This document shows, in pieces, positions 17,627 through 28,082 of a stretch of 39,300 nucleotides of DNA; position 1 is the stretch's first letter; every line of letters begins with the position of its first letter. The notes below the pieces were generated by a model. That model did not search any database and was not told where the DNA came from. It saw only the letters and a list, made by a program, of their open reading frames with translations. The stretch is from the sequence record NC_047808.1. One strand, given 5' to 3'. Source of the DNA: Escherichia phage vB_EcoP_F. The position numbers were made by a program, and so were the translations under genes.

Positions 17627-17806
17627 ATGGTTACAGTTATTCTAGTTCTAACGCTGATCAGTGGTAGTGGGCAAACTATCAGCCAAGTACCTATAACAGC
17701 GCCAACATTACAGGACGCATTCACAATATGTGACCAGTCCGGCTCAAAGTGGGCCGATAAGTTTGGCGATGTCTCAAACGTTGCAGCAGGGTATGAGTGT
17801 ATTTAA
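17627..17806 (+). CDS. hypothetical small protein, 59 aa, hydrophobic N-terminus
   Basis: Own translation MVTVILVLTLISGSGQTISQVPITAPTLQDAFTICDQSGSKWADKFGDVSNVAAGYECI; RBS/start context TAAGGAGTGACCAATG identical to that of gene 4. Confidence 0.45.
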   Translation: MVTVILVLTLISGSGQTISQVPITAPTLQDAFTICDQSGSKWADKFGDVSNVAAGYECI

Positions 17807-17813
17807 GGAGTGA

Positions 17814-19517
<1,704 letters not shown>

Positions 19518-19550
19518 TTACGAGAAGTATAAATGGAGGGTTCCATTCTA

Positions 19551-19856
19551 ATGTTACGAAAACTTAAAGCTCGCTACCATCGGTTCATGTACAAATGGTG
19601 GAGTGACGAAGCAACCTGCCTGTCCAACATTCTGGGAGACCAAAGGTTCGAAGGCGTGGGGAGGGTAAAGCTCGCTACCATCGGTTCATGTACAAATGGT
19701 GGAGTGACGAAGCAACCTGCCTGTCCAACATTCTGGGAGACCAAAGGTTCGACTCCGAGGCGTGGAAGAGAGCTAACCGGAAGTTTATGTATCACTTCTT
19801 GCGTACAGACTTCTAGGTCTAGACTCAAGGTCATTCATAGCGAGTGGCCTGTATGA
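19551..19856 (+). CDS. hypothetical protein ORF altered by an internal 101-bp tandem duplication (gene 4.x region)
   Basis: GGAGGG RBS before ATG 19551; reading passes through repeat copy 1 in one frame and copy 2 in another. Confidence 0.3.
   Translation: MLRKLKARYHRFMYKWWSDEATCLSNILGDQRFEGVGRVKLATIGSCTNGGVTKQPACPTFWETKGSTPRRGRELTGSLCITSCVQTSRSRLKVIHSEWPV
19565..19766 (+). repeat. tandem direct duplication, period 101 bp, 87 bp identical (19565..19651 = 19666..19752)
   Basis: Seen directly: TAAAGCTCGCTACCATCGGTTCATGTACAAATGGTGGAGTGACGAAGCAACCTGCCTGTCCAACATTCTGGGAGACCAAAGGTTCGA twice. Confidence 0.85.
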
Positions 19857-19870
19857 TTAGACTAAAGCGG
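19814..19870 (+). promoter_or_regulatory. candidate RNase III site (R4.7 position) with motif TAGACTCAAGGTCAT
   Basis: Motif at 19820..19834 in intergenic leader of gene 5. Confidence 0.3.
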
Positions 19871-19880
19871 AGGATTAACC

Positions 19881-22052
19881 ATGTTTGACTTTAAGAGTAT
19901 CTGGGGTTCTGACATCGAGACCAACGGTCTCCTTGATACAGTCTCCCAGTTTCACTGTGGGGTCCTGATTAACGCCGAGTCGAATGAGACCCTTAAGTAT
20001 GGGGTAGCTCCGATGGTCGGTATCGTCGGCGGCTTCAAAGAGTATGTTCATAAAGTGGAAGAGATTGCCGCATCACCTGATGGTATGCTGGTATTCCATA
20101 ACGGTATCAACTATGACGTCCCGGCTATAGACAAGCTGAAGCGTTTGTACTTTGGGAAACGCTTTAACTTCCCGAAACATAAGATGATTGATACCTTGGT
20201 GCTGGGACGCTTGATGTATCCAAACATTAAGTTCTCAGACATGGGCGCAGTGAAAGCTGGTCGTCTGCCACCTAAGATGATGGGACGCCAGTCTCTTGAG
20301 GCTTGGGGCTATCGTCTCGGTGAGATGAAAGGTGAGTACAAACACGATTACGTTGCCAAGTGCAAGGCTGAAGGTATCGAATATAAGGCTGGGGACGAAT
20401 GGTTGTTCCCGTCTCAGGAGATGCTGGACTATAACGTTCAAGACGTTGTGGTCACACTGGCGTTGTTCAAGAAGTTCCTGACTGACAAGTATTACTTCCA
20501 GTCTGAACAGTTCGCTTTCGACCAGATTTATGCGTTGCGTCTGGAACATGATGCTGCGTGGACCTGTGCGAAGATGGAACGTAACGGCTATCCGATGAAC
20601 ACCGAGATGGTCGAAGGTTTATATCGTGAACTCACCGTCAAACGTGCAGAGCTGCTGGACAAGCTGCGTTCGACTTTCGGCAGCTGGTACGCACCAAAGG
20701 GAGGCAAGGAGTTCTTCAAGCACCCACGGACAGGCAAGGACCTTCCGAAGTATCCGCGCGTCGTGTATCCTAAGGTCGGGTCAGTATTCAAGAAGCCGAA
20801 GAACAAAGCTCAACGCTTAGGTCTGGAGCCTTGCGAGTTCGACTCACGAGACACGATGGAGGGAGCGCCGTTCACACCTATCACTTACGTTGAGTTTAAT
20901 CCGGGAAGCGGGGACCACTTAGCGAAAGTTCTGATGGAGCGTGGCTGGGAGCCTGTGGACTTCACTGACACCGGGAAACCTGTAGTCGATGACGAGACGT
21001 TGGAACACGTTAAGTTACCAGACGCAGAGGCTCAGGCTTGCGTAGAGCTGGTCCGTGAATATCTGGTGGTCCAGAAGCGCATCGGTCAGGCTGCTGAAGG
21101 TAAGAACGCATGGTTGAAACTTGTAGGTCCAGACGGGCGTATGCACGGTTCAATCAACCCATGCGGGGCAGTAACCGGACGTGCGACTCACAGTTCACCA
21201 AACATGGCTCAGGTCCCGGCTAACGGTGCTCCATACGGTGAGACTTGCCGTGGTGCTTTCGGTGCAGCGTGGAACAAGAAGGACGGTACGCCAGACCCTT
21301 GGATTCAAGTAGGCGTGGATGCTTCAGGTCTTGAGCTTCGTTGTCTGGGGAACCGAGCGGCTCCGTTTGATGGTGGCGCCTATGCGAAGACTGTGGTCGA
21401 AGGTGACATCCACTGGGCCAACGCAGTCAACGCTGGGTTAGCACCTAACGTCCCACGCAATAAGTCCAGCCACGACCATGATGCTTTCCGTAACAACGCT
21501 AAGACGTTCATCTATGCGTTCCTATATGGTGCAGGGGCCGCGAAGATTGGACTGATAGTTGGCGGTGGTAAGAAGGAAGGTGCTGCCCTGATGAAGAAAT
21601 TCATTGAGGGTACACCAGCTATTAAAGACCTCAGGGAAGCTGTGAGTAATACGTTAATCTCCGAATCCAAATGGGTAGATGGAGAGAACATCGTGAAGTG
21701 GAAACGTCGCTGGCTGAAAGGTCTGGATGGTCGCCGTATCCACATCCGGTCTCCACACTCAGCACTAAACGCATTACTTCAAGGCGATGGTGCGGTTGTC
21801 TGTAAGCACTGGATTGTAGAGACTGAACGTATGCTTGAAGAGGCAGGGTATGTTCACGGCTGGGAGGGGGACTTCGCGTACATGGCCTGGGTTCACGACG
21901 AATTGCAGATTGCGTGCCGTACTCAGGAGATTGCCGAAGAAGTCGTCAAGATTGCTCAACTTGCTATGCGTAAGGTGGGTGAGTTCTATAACTTTAAATG
22001 TGTCCTTGATACCGAAGGTAAGATTGGACCAACGTGGAAGGAGTGTCACTAA
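19881..22052 (+). CDS. DNA polymerase gp5 (family A, with 3'-5' exonuclease)
   Basis: 723 aa; position and size as T7 gp5; GGAGG RBS. Confidence 0.95.
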   Translation: MFDFKSIWGSDIETNGLLDTVSQFHCGVLINAESNETLKYGVAPMVGIVGGFKEYVHKVEEIAASPDGMLVFHNGINYDVPAIDKLKRLYFGKRFNFPKHKMIDTLVLGRLMYPNIKFSDMGAVKAGRLPPKMMGRQSLEAWGYRLGEMKGEYKHDYVAKCKAEGIEYKAGDEWLFPSQEMLDYNVQDVVVTLALFKKFLTDKYYFQSEQFAFDQIYALRLEHDAAWTCAKMERNGYPMNTEMVEGLYRELTVKRAELLDKLRSTFGSWYAPKGGKEFFKHPRTGKDLPKYPRVVYPKVGSVFKKPKNKAQRLGLEPCEFDSRDTMEGAPFTPITYVEFNPGSGDHLAKVLMERGWEPVDFTDTGKPVVDDETLEHVKLPDAEAQACVELVREYLVVQKRIGQAAEGKNAWLKLVGPDGRMHGSINPCGAVTGRATHSSPNMAQVPANGAPYGETCRGAFGAAWNKKDGTPDPWIQVGVDASGLELRCLGNRAAPFDGGAYAKTVVEGDIHWANAVNAGLAPNVPRNKSSHDHDAFRNNAKTFIYAFLYGAGAAKIGLIVGGGKKEGAALMKKFIEGTPAIKDLREAVSNTLISESKWVDGENIVKWKRRWLKGLDGRRIHIRSPHSALNALLQGDGAVVCKHWIVETERMLEEAGYVHGWEGDFAYMAWVHDELQIACRTQEIAEEVVKIAQLAMRKVGEFYNFKCVLDTEGKIGPTWKECH

Positions 22053-22210
22053 TGGCTAAAACTTATAGTGAGCAGGAGGTCAAAGACCTGATGCGGTCAG
22101 CTTGGTGGTGTGGACACGAGGAGTCTCGTTATAGTCCAAACCTCAGTGGTTCATGCAGTCAAGACATTCATGAAATCCTGAAAGAACATAACGAAGAAGG
22201 AGAAGGCTAA
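22052..22210 (+). CDS. hypothetical protein, 52 aa
   Basis: TAATG overlap with gene 5 stop; GGAAGGAG RBS; own translation MAKTYSEQEVKDLMRSAWWCGHEESRYSPNLSGSCSQDIHEILKEHNEEGEG. Confidence 0.45.
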   Translation: MAKTYSEQEVKDLMRSAWWCGHEESRYSPNLSGSCSQDIHEILKEHNEEGEG

Positions 22211-22500
22211 TGGCTATTACTAAACGTATGCGAGTTTCATTCTCGCTTGGCGCTGTACTGTCTACTGAAGAAGTTGAGCACTTCAAGAAGTCTCTCTGTG
22301 AGTTGAGCCGTAAGGTTCTCAATGGTGAGAAGACCACTGGCTTCGAGCGTAAGATGGTCGAGGTCGGCGTTACAGATGGTCTGGAAGCTGTGGTAGAGCT
22401 TGTCTTTAAGAAGGGTATTGTTGATGGTCTGAAAGAAGACCTGAGTCATTATGCTGACAAGCCCAGCTTCGGAGACTTCCGAGTGGAGTTCAAGCAATGA
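22210..22500 (+). CDS. gp5.5-like protein (T7 gp5.5 binds H-NS)
   Basis: 96 aa; N-terminus MAITKRMRVSF resembles recalled T7 gp5.5; TAATG coupling. Confidence 0.5.
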   Translation: MAITKRMRVSFSLGAVLSTEEVEHFKKSLCELSRKVLNGEKTTGFERKMVEVGVTDGLEAVVELVFKKGIVDGLKEDLSHYADKPSFGDFRVEFKQ

Positions 22501-22706
22501 GTGAATACTTACGGGTCCTAGCGGCCCTTAAGTCCTGCCCGAAGACCTTCCAGTCCAACTATGTGCGCAACAACGCTGCACTTGTGGCTGAGGCTGCGAG
22601 TCGTGGACATCTAAGCTGCCTGTCTATGGATGGGCGTAACAACGGTGCGTGGGAGATTACCGCTGAAGGCACCAAGTTCCTGAACCAACACGGAGGCTGT
22701 CTATGA
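22497..22706 (+). CDS. gp5.7-like protein
   Basis: 69 aa; LKSCPKTFQSNYVRNNAALVAEAASRGH matches recalled T7 gp5.7. Confidence 0.6.
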   Translation: MSEYLRVLAALKSCPKTFQSNYVRNNAALVAEAASRGHLSCLSMDGRNNGAWEITAEGTKFLNQHGGCL

Positions 22707-23152
22707 AGATACCTGAAAGTCTGAAAGAGCTGGTCCTTGAAATGGGTGAGTGCGAGATGACGCACCGTAAGTATGCTGAGTTCTACGCATCTTGGTCTTA
22801 CACCCTGACCGAGAAGGACGTTGAGTCCTACACCGAGTCTCCTTCTGAGGCTTATGAGTGGAGTCCGTTCATCGGACTGACCATCGTAGCTAGCGGTATG
22901 TGGGATGACAGCTACGGCTCAGAGGTAAACGACTGGGACGTGTACCGCCAAGTTGAGAAGGAGACCGAAATGTCTTCCAACTTCTGGAGCCTGATGTCCC
23001 ACCTCAACTCAGATGACAACGACATGGCCCATGAGTTCGCCAACAAATGGCTGAAGCCTGAGGTGACTCTGGAACGTATTGAGGAGCCTAAAGTTCCCTT
23101 GATGCCATATGCAGTCGCTATGGCTACAGGAGGTCTGGACGATGGGTGCTGA
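22703..23152 (+). CDS. hypothetical acidic Trp-rich protein, 149 aa, at gene 5.9 position
   Basis: Track ORF; ATGA coupling; no resemblance to the 52-aa T7 gp5.9. Confidence 0.5.
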   Translation: MKIPESLKELVLEMGECEMTHRKYAEFYASWSYTLTEKDVESYTESPSEAYEWSPFIGLTIVASGMWDDSYGSEVNDWDVYRQVEKETEMSSNFWSLMSHLNSDDNDMAHEFANKWLKPEVTLERIEEPKVPLMPYAVAMATGGLDDGC

Positions 23153-24011
23153 GAAGAAGATAGCTCTTGTTCTTGATGGCGATTACCTAGTATTCTCTTC
23201 TATGGCTGCTGCCGAGGACGAGACAGACTGGGGTGATGACATCTGGACCCTTATCTGCGACCACGAGAAGGCTCGCCGTATCCTTGAGAACACCATCGCT
23301 GAAATCGTTAAGAAGCGCAAGGCGTGGAAAGACGCTAAGATTGTGATGTGCTTTACTGATGATAACAACTGGCGTAAGGACGTTTTGCCTACCTATAAGG
23401 CTAACCGTAAGGGTTCTCGCAAGCCTGTAGGTTACAAGAAGTTCGTAGCCGAAGTGATGGCTGACCCACGGTTCAACAGCTTCCTGCGTCCAACGCTTGA
23501 GGGTGATGATTGTATGGGTATCATCGGGACCAGACCTCAGATTGTCGGATGCGACCATGCGGTGCTGGTGTCCTGCGATAAGGACTTCAAGACCATCCCG
23601 AACTGTGAGTTCTTCTGGTTAACCACTGGTGAAATCCTGAGTCATACGACTTCCGAGGCAGACTACTGGCACATGGAGCAGACCATCAAGGGTGACACTA
23701 CAGATGGCTACGGCGGTATTCCGGGGATGGGTGAGGACACCACTCGTGCATTCCTTGACGAACCGTATTACTTCGTGCAGGAGAGCCGCGAGCTTAAGAC
23801 TGGCAAGAACAAAGGCCAGATTAAGACTGAGTGGAAGAAGTATCCGAAGCGTGAAGACATGACGCTGTGGGACTGCATGGTTACACTGGCTGCTAAGGCT
23901 GGCATGACCGAGGAGGAACTTCTGGTCCAAGCTCAGGTCGCTCGTATTTGTCGAGCATCTGACTATGACCCTAAGTCCAAGGAGGTCATCCTATGGACAC
24001 CATCCATGTAA
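23142..24011 (+). CDS. 5'-3' exonuclease gp6
   Basis: Start set to ATG 23142 (AGGAGG RBS); LVLDGDYLVFSSMAAAE resembles T7 gp6 N-terminus. Confidence 0.9.
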   Translation: MGAEKKIALVLDGDYLVFSSMAAAEDETDWGDDIWTLICDHEKARRILENTIAEIVKKRKAWKDAKIVMCFTDDNNWRKDVLPTYKANRKGSRKPVGYKKFVAEVMADPRFNSFLRPTLEGDDCMGIIGTRPQIVGCDHAVLVSCDKDFKTIPNCEFFWLTTGEILSHTTSEADYWHMEQTIKGDTTDGYGGIPGMGEDTTRAFLDEPYYFVQESRELKTGKNKGQIKTEWKKYPKREDMTLWDCMVTLAAKAGMTEEELLVQAQVARICRASDYDPKSKEVILWTPSM

Positions 24012-24085
24012 TTTACTGGGTCGGACTTCTTGCCCTTTACTGCATGTACAAGGGGTTCGGGTCGAACAACCGCCCTAAACACTGA
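23993..24085 (+). CDS. hypothetical small membrane peptide, 30 aa (gene 6.3 position)
   Basis: AGGAGG at 23980..23985; MDTIHVIYWVGLLALYCMYKGFGSNNRPKH; overlaps end of gene 6 out of frame. Confidence 0.4.
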   Translation: MDTIHVIYWVGLLALYCMYKGFGSNNRPKH

Positions 24086-24137
24086 GTCTAGCCGATAGTC
24101 ATATCCTATCAATCCAACAGTCATCCATAGGTGAAAC

Positions 24138-24160
24138 ACTAAACTATCACTATAGGGACT
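24138..24160 (+). promoter_or_regulatory. phage RNA polymerase promoter (phi6.5 position), ACTAAACTATCACTATAGGGACT
   Basis: Full consensus, GGG start (late class). Confidence 0.75.
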
Positions 24161-24221
24161 TTAGGACCTAAGATATGACTATAAGATAGACTTTAGTCTT
24201 AACTTAAAGAGGAGATTCAAG

Positions 24222-24494
24222 ATGGCTCTTAATGCTATTGAAAACGTTGTTAAGCAGTTACAGGAAGAAAGACTCGATGTCCCTAACATCTCCCAGTCTG
24301 CCATCCAGTTCCTGCACGTATTGTTCAACGCAAGCTATGCTGAGAAGATGGGAGCTATCAGTCTCCTCAAGCAGCAAGGCTACAGCGATGCGTTCATTGC
24401 CGGGTTCATCAAGGGTCTCCAGTATTGTTCTGACACTCTCGACTCTGCGATTGCTATGCGTCGTGAGCTGAAAGATACCGTTCAGTTTGATTAA
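24222..24494 (+). CDS. hypothetical protein at gene 6.5 position, 90 aa
   Basis: Track ORF; GAGGAG RBS. Confidence 0.5.
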   Translation: MALNAIENVVKQLQEERLDVPNISQSAIQFLHVLFNASYAEKMGAISLLKQQGYSDAFIAGFIKGLQYCSDTLDSAIAMRRELKDTVQFD

Positions 24495-24508
24495 CTGTAG
24501 GAGGGACT

Positions 24509-24733
24509 ATGTGTTTCAGTCCAAAGATTAGCACTCCGAAGCCTTCGGTCCAAGCACCTGAACCAGCACCTCTGAGTGAGGAAGTTGCGTCAGTTGACAT
24601 CGGGGCTGAATCGGATGTTGACACCAACGAGACCAAAGGTATCAAAGACCTGAAGGTCAAGAAGGAGTCTGCACCTAAAGATAAATCGTCAGTTAGCCGC
24701 GCTATGCGAGCCTCTGGCGTCAACATGGGGTAA
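24509..24733 (+). CDS. gp6.7-like virion protein
   Basis: 74 aa; MCFSPKISTPK..EPAPLSEEV matches recalled T7 gp6.7. Confidence 0.65.
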   Translation: MCFSPKISTPKPSVQAPEPAPLSEEVASVDIGAESDVDTNETKGIKDLKVKKESAPKDKSSVSRAMRASGVNMG

Positions 24734-24737
24734 GACA

Positions 24738-25142
24738 ATGCTACCATATCTCAACTCACGCGAAGGTCGCCACATGTGCGCTTGTCGCCTCTGGGAAGAC
24801 GGGCAGTCTAACTTCAAGTCATTCGAGGACTTCAAGGCTCATACTTACCGTATGGCTGACGAGTTCGATGGTGAAGAGTACACAATCTACGATGTCTCAG
24901 GTCAACCAGTAGCGTATCTCTACATGCTGGCTACCGCATCTTGGCACCGACCGACTCCCGGTCTTGACCTTTCAATCGTCGCTATTCGTCGTGACTCGCA
25001 GTCCTCCCGTAAGGTTCTTGAGACTGTCAGGCACATCATAGACGAAGAGTGCAAGCGTTGGGGTCTTGGCTGGTATTCTCGTGTCAAGCATGTTTCCGGG
25101 TCGGTAGACATCGTAACAACTAAGGAGATTAATCATGGGTAA
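24738..25142 (+). CDS. hypothetical protein at gene 7 position, 134 aa
   Basis: Track ORF; start uncertain (alternative ATG 24774 has a better RBS). Confidence 0.5.
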   Translation: MLPYLNSREGRHMCACRLWEDGQSNFKSFEDFKAHTYRMADEFDGEEYTIYDVSGQPVAYLYMLATASWHRPTPGLDLSIVAIRRDSQSSRKVLETVRHIIDEECKRWGLGWYSRVKHVSGSVDIVTTKEINHG

Positions 25143-25383
25143 ATCAATCAGTAAGGCATTCAAGAAAGTGGTGAAAAGTACGCTAGGGACCGTTGGTCTT
25201 GGCTCTGATGACGCACCTAAGGTTGTTGAGGCTCAGACCCCAGCAGCACCAGTGGAAGTACCGAACGACAAAGTGGAGGATGTGGATACTGAAACAACCG
25301 CATCTGACGAGAAGAAAGTGAAGCGTTCCGGTAAGCGTAGCCTTCAGGTCTCTCGTACCTCTGGTGGCGGTATTTCTATTTAA
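25135..25383 (+). CDS. gp7.3-like tail/adsorption protein
   Basis: 82 aa; C-terminus SLQVSRTSGGGISI matches recalled T7 gp7.3. Confidence 0.65.
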   Translation: MGKSISKAFKKVVKSTLGTVGLGSDDAPKVVEAQTPAAPVEVPNDKVEDVDTETTASDEKKVKRSGKRSLQVSRTSGGGISI

Positions 25384-25394
25384 GGAGGTGACGA

Positions 25395-26963
25395 ATGGCT
25401 GAACGTGAAGGGTTCGCTGCTGAAGGAGCCAAAGCGGTCTATGACCGACTGAAGAACGGTAGACAGCCATATGAGACACGCGCTCAGAACTGTGCTGCTG
25501 TCACTATCCCGTCACTGTTTCCTAAGGAGTCCGACAACTCGTCTACTGAGTACACAACTCCGTGGCAAGCTGTAGGTGCTCGCTGTTTGAACAACTTGGC
25601 TGCAAAGCTGATGCTGGCATTATTCCCTCAGTCACCGTGGATGCGACTTACAGTCTCCGAATATGAGGCCAAGACCTTGAGTCAGGACTCAGAGGCTGCT
25701 GCTCGTGTTGACGAAGGGCTTGCTATGGTCGAGCGTGTGTTGATGGCCTACATGGAGACTAACAGTTTCCGTGTGCCATTGTTCGAAGCTCTGAAGCAGC
25801 TTATCGTCTCCGGTAACTGTCTGCTTTACATTCCAGAGCCTGAACAGGGTACTTACAGTCCTATGCGAATGTACCGCTTAGTGTCCTACGTTGTTCAACG
25901 TGATGCTTTCGGTAATATCTTGCAGATTGTGACTCTCGACAAGGTAGCGTTTAGTGCTCTACCGGAAGACGTTAAGTCACAACTCAACGCAGACGACTAT
26001 GAGCCTGACACAGAGCTGGAAGTATATACGCACATCTACCGTCAAGACGACGAGTATCTACGTTATGAGGAAGTGGAAGGCATTGAGGTGGCAGGGACCG
26101 AGGGTTCCTACCCACTGACTGCATGTCCATACATCCCGGTACGAATGGTTCGACTGGATGGTGAAGACTATGGTCGTTCTTACTGCGAGGAGTATCTGGG
26201 AGACCTGAACTCGCTGGAGACGATTACAGAAGCTATCACCAAAATGGCTAAGGTAGCCTCCAAGGTGGTGGGCCTCGTTAACCCGAACGGTATCACGCAA
26301 CCTCGTCGTCTGAACAAGGCGGCTACAGGTGAGTTCGTTGCCGGTCGCGTTGAGGACATCAACTTCCTGCAACTGACTAAGGGTCAGGACTTTACGATTG
26401 CCAAGTCGGTGGCTGATGCTATCGAGCAACGTTTAGGCTGGGCCTTCCTTCTTAATAGTGCTGTTCAGCGTAATGCCGAGCGAGTCACTGCTGAAGAGAT
26501 TCGTTATGTTGCTGGCGAACTGGAGGCGACCTTAGGTGGCGTGTACTCAGTACAATCCCAAGAGCTTCAGTTACCTATCGTCCGTGTGCTGATGAACCAA
26601 CTTCAGTCTGCTGGCATGATTCCTGACCTTCCGAAAGAAGCGGTAGAGCCTACTGTCTCCACTGGTCTGGAAGCGTTAGGTCGTGGTCAGGACTTGGAGA
26701 AGCTAACTCAGGCGGTTAACATGATGACTGGTCTTCAGCCGCTATCTCAGGACCCGGACATCAACTTGCCGACCCTTAAGCTACGACTCCTGAACGCTCT
26801 GGGCATCGACACCGCTGGCCTACTCCTGACGCAAGACGAGAAGATTCAGCGCATGGCTGAGCAGTCGTCTCAACAGGCAGTTGTCCAAGGTGCTAGTGCT
26901 GCTGGTGCTAACATGGGTGCTGCTGTAGGTCAGGGAGCTGGTGAGGACATGGCTCAAGCCTAA
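25395..26963 (+). CDS. head-tail connector (portal) protein gp8
   Basis: 522 aa; position and size as T7 gp8; AGGAGG RBS. Confidence 0.9.
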   Translation: MAEREGFAAEGAKAVYDRLKNGRQPYETRAQNCAAVTIPSLFPKESDNSSTEYTTPWQAVGARCLNNLAAKLMLALFPQSPWMRLTVSEYEAKTLSQDSEAAARVDEGLAMVERVLMAYMETNSFRVPLFEALKQLIVSGNCLLYIPEPEQGTYSPMRMYRLVSYVVQRDAFGNILQIVTLDKVAFSALPEDVKSQLNADDYEPDTELEVYTHIYRQDDEYLRYEEVEGIEVAGTEGSYPLTACPYIPVRMVRLDGEDYGRSYCEEYLGDLNSLETITEAITKMAKVASKVVGLVNPNGITQPRRLNKAATGEFVAGRVEDINFLQLTKGQDFTIAKSVADAIEQRLGWAFLLNSAVQRNAERVTAEEIRYVAGELEATLGGVYSVQSQELQLPIVRVLMNQLQSAGMIPDLPKEAVEPTVSTGLEALGRGQDLEKLTQAVNMMTGLQPLSQDPDINLPTLKLRLLNALGIDTAGLLLTQDEKIQRMAEQSSQQAVVQGASAAGANMGAAVGQGAGEDMAQA

Positions 26964-26981
26964 ACTATCACTATAGGAACA
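26959..26981 (+). promoter_or_regulatory. phage RNA polymerase promoter (phi9 position), CCTAAACTATCACTATAGGAACA
   Basis: Consensus match; gene 8 stop TAA inside promoter. Confidence 0.75.
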
Positions 26982-27071
26982 ACACAACTTGAGTGAGTGA
27001 ACGCATAGCCAGCCGTAACGGGAGGGCAGGTTGTTGTGTTTCCTATTAACGACTTAAAGGAGAATGACTTA

Positions 27072-27956
27072 ATGTCTCAATCAGTTTATGCCGAGTTCGG
27101 CGTTAGCTCTAATGCAATCACTGGTTCCGTTGAGGACCTGAACGAACACCAGAAGTCTATGCTTGAACAGGACGTAGCTGTTCGTGATGGCGATGACGCT
27201 ATTACCTTCAAGCAACTGGAAGCCGAAAACGAAGAGGCGACCGAAGAAGACGAGAACGTCGAAGAGACTGGGGGTGATGAAGACAACGAGTCCGATGACG
27301 AAGAGTCGGAGGACGATGGTGAGCAGCCTGAGTTCATCGAACTGGGTGATGCACCGAAAGATCTGACCGAAAGTGTCACCGCTCTGGATGAAAACGAAGC
27401 TGCATTTGACGACATGGTGTCTTCTGCTGTAGAAGCTGGCAAGGTCACTGCTGATGAAATTACCGCTATCAAGGCTGAATACGCCAAGGACGGTAAGCTG
27501 TCTGACGCATCCTACGCTAAGTTGCAGGAAGCAGGTTACACCAAGCGCTTCGTAGATTCGTTTGTCCGTGGTCAGGAAGCTCTGGCTGAACAGTATGCCG
27601 CTGGTGTGGTTCGCTACGCTGGTGGTGCTGAACAGTTTAATCGCATCCTGTCACACCTTGAGGCCAACGACCCGTCAACTCGTGAAGCACTGGAAGCTGC
27701 TATCGTTCGTAAGGACATTGCGACTACCAAAGCTCTGCTGAATCTGGCTGGCAAGACTCTGGGTAAAGCTGTGGGTGTTAAACCTCAGCGTACCATCACC
27801 ACTCAGGCTAAACCTGTGGTCGCACCTAAGGCTCCTCAGACCGAAGCATTCAGCTCCAAGGCTGACATGATTAAGGCTATGAGTGACCCGCGATACCTGC
27901 GTGACGCTAAGTACACGATGGAAGTTCGCGCTAAGGTAGCCGCCTCAAGCCTGTAG
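27072..27956 (+). CDS. capsid assembly (scaffolding) protein gp9
   Basis: Start set to ATG 27072 (AAAGGAG RBS); acidic; SYAKLQEAGYTKRFVDSFVRGQEAL and KAMSDPRY match recalled T7 gp9. Confidence 0.85.
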   Translation: MSQSVYAEFGVSSNAITGSVEDLNEHQKSMLEQDVAVRDGDDAITFKQLEAENEEATEEDENVEETGGDEDNESDDEESEDDGEQPEFIELGDAPKDLTESVTALDENEAAFDDMVSSAVEAGKVTADEITAIKAEYAKDGKLSDASYAKLQEAGYTKRFVDSFVRGQEALAEQYAAGVVRYAGGAEQFNRILSHLEANDPSTREALEAAIVRKDIATTKALLNLAGKTLGKAVGVKPQRTITTQAKPVVAPKAPQTEAFSSKADMIKAMSDPRYLRDAKYTMEVRAKVAASSL

Positions 27957-27957
27957 G

Positions 27958-27980
27958 ACTAAACTATCACTATAGGGAGA
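27958..27980 (+). promoter_or_regulatory. phage RNA polymerase promoter (phi10 position), ACTAAACTATCACTATAGGGAGA
   Basis: Best consensus copy; GGGAGA initiating region as in T7 phi10. Confidence 0.85.
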
Positions 27981-28082
27981 CCAAGAGATAGACTCAAGGT
28001 TTCCCTATTACTTCAGTCCATACGGATTGGGCATACAGTAAGTAATACACTTTATCTTTCAATTGAATAGGAGAATTATCAT

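Noticed and set aside
26977-27040. Long-range inverted repeat GGAACAACACAAC / GTTGTTGTGTTTCC between phi9 and gene 9
   Set aside because: The arms are imperfect, with several mismatches, and the loop is about 40 nt; too weak to call a structured element without folding.
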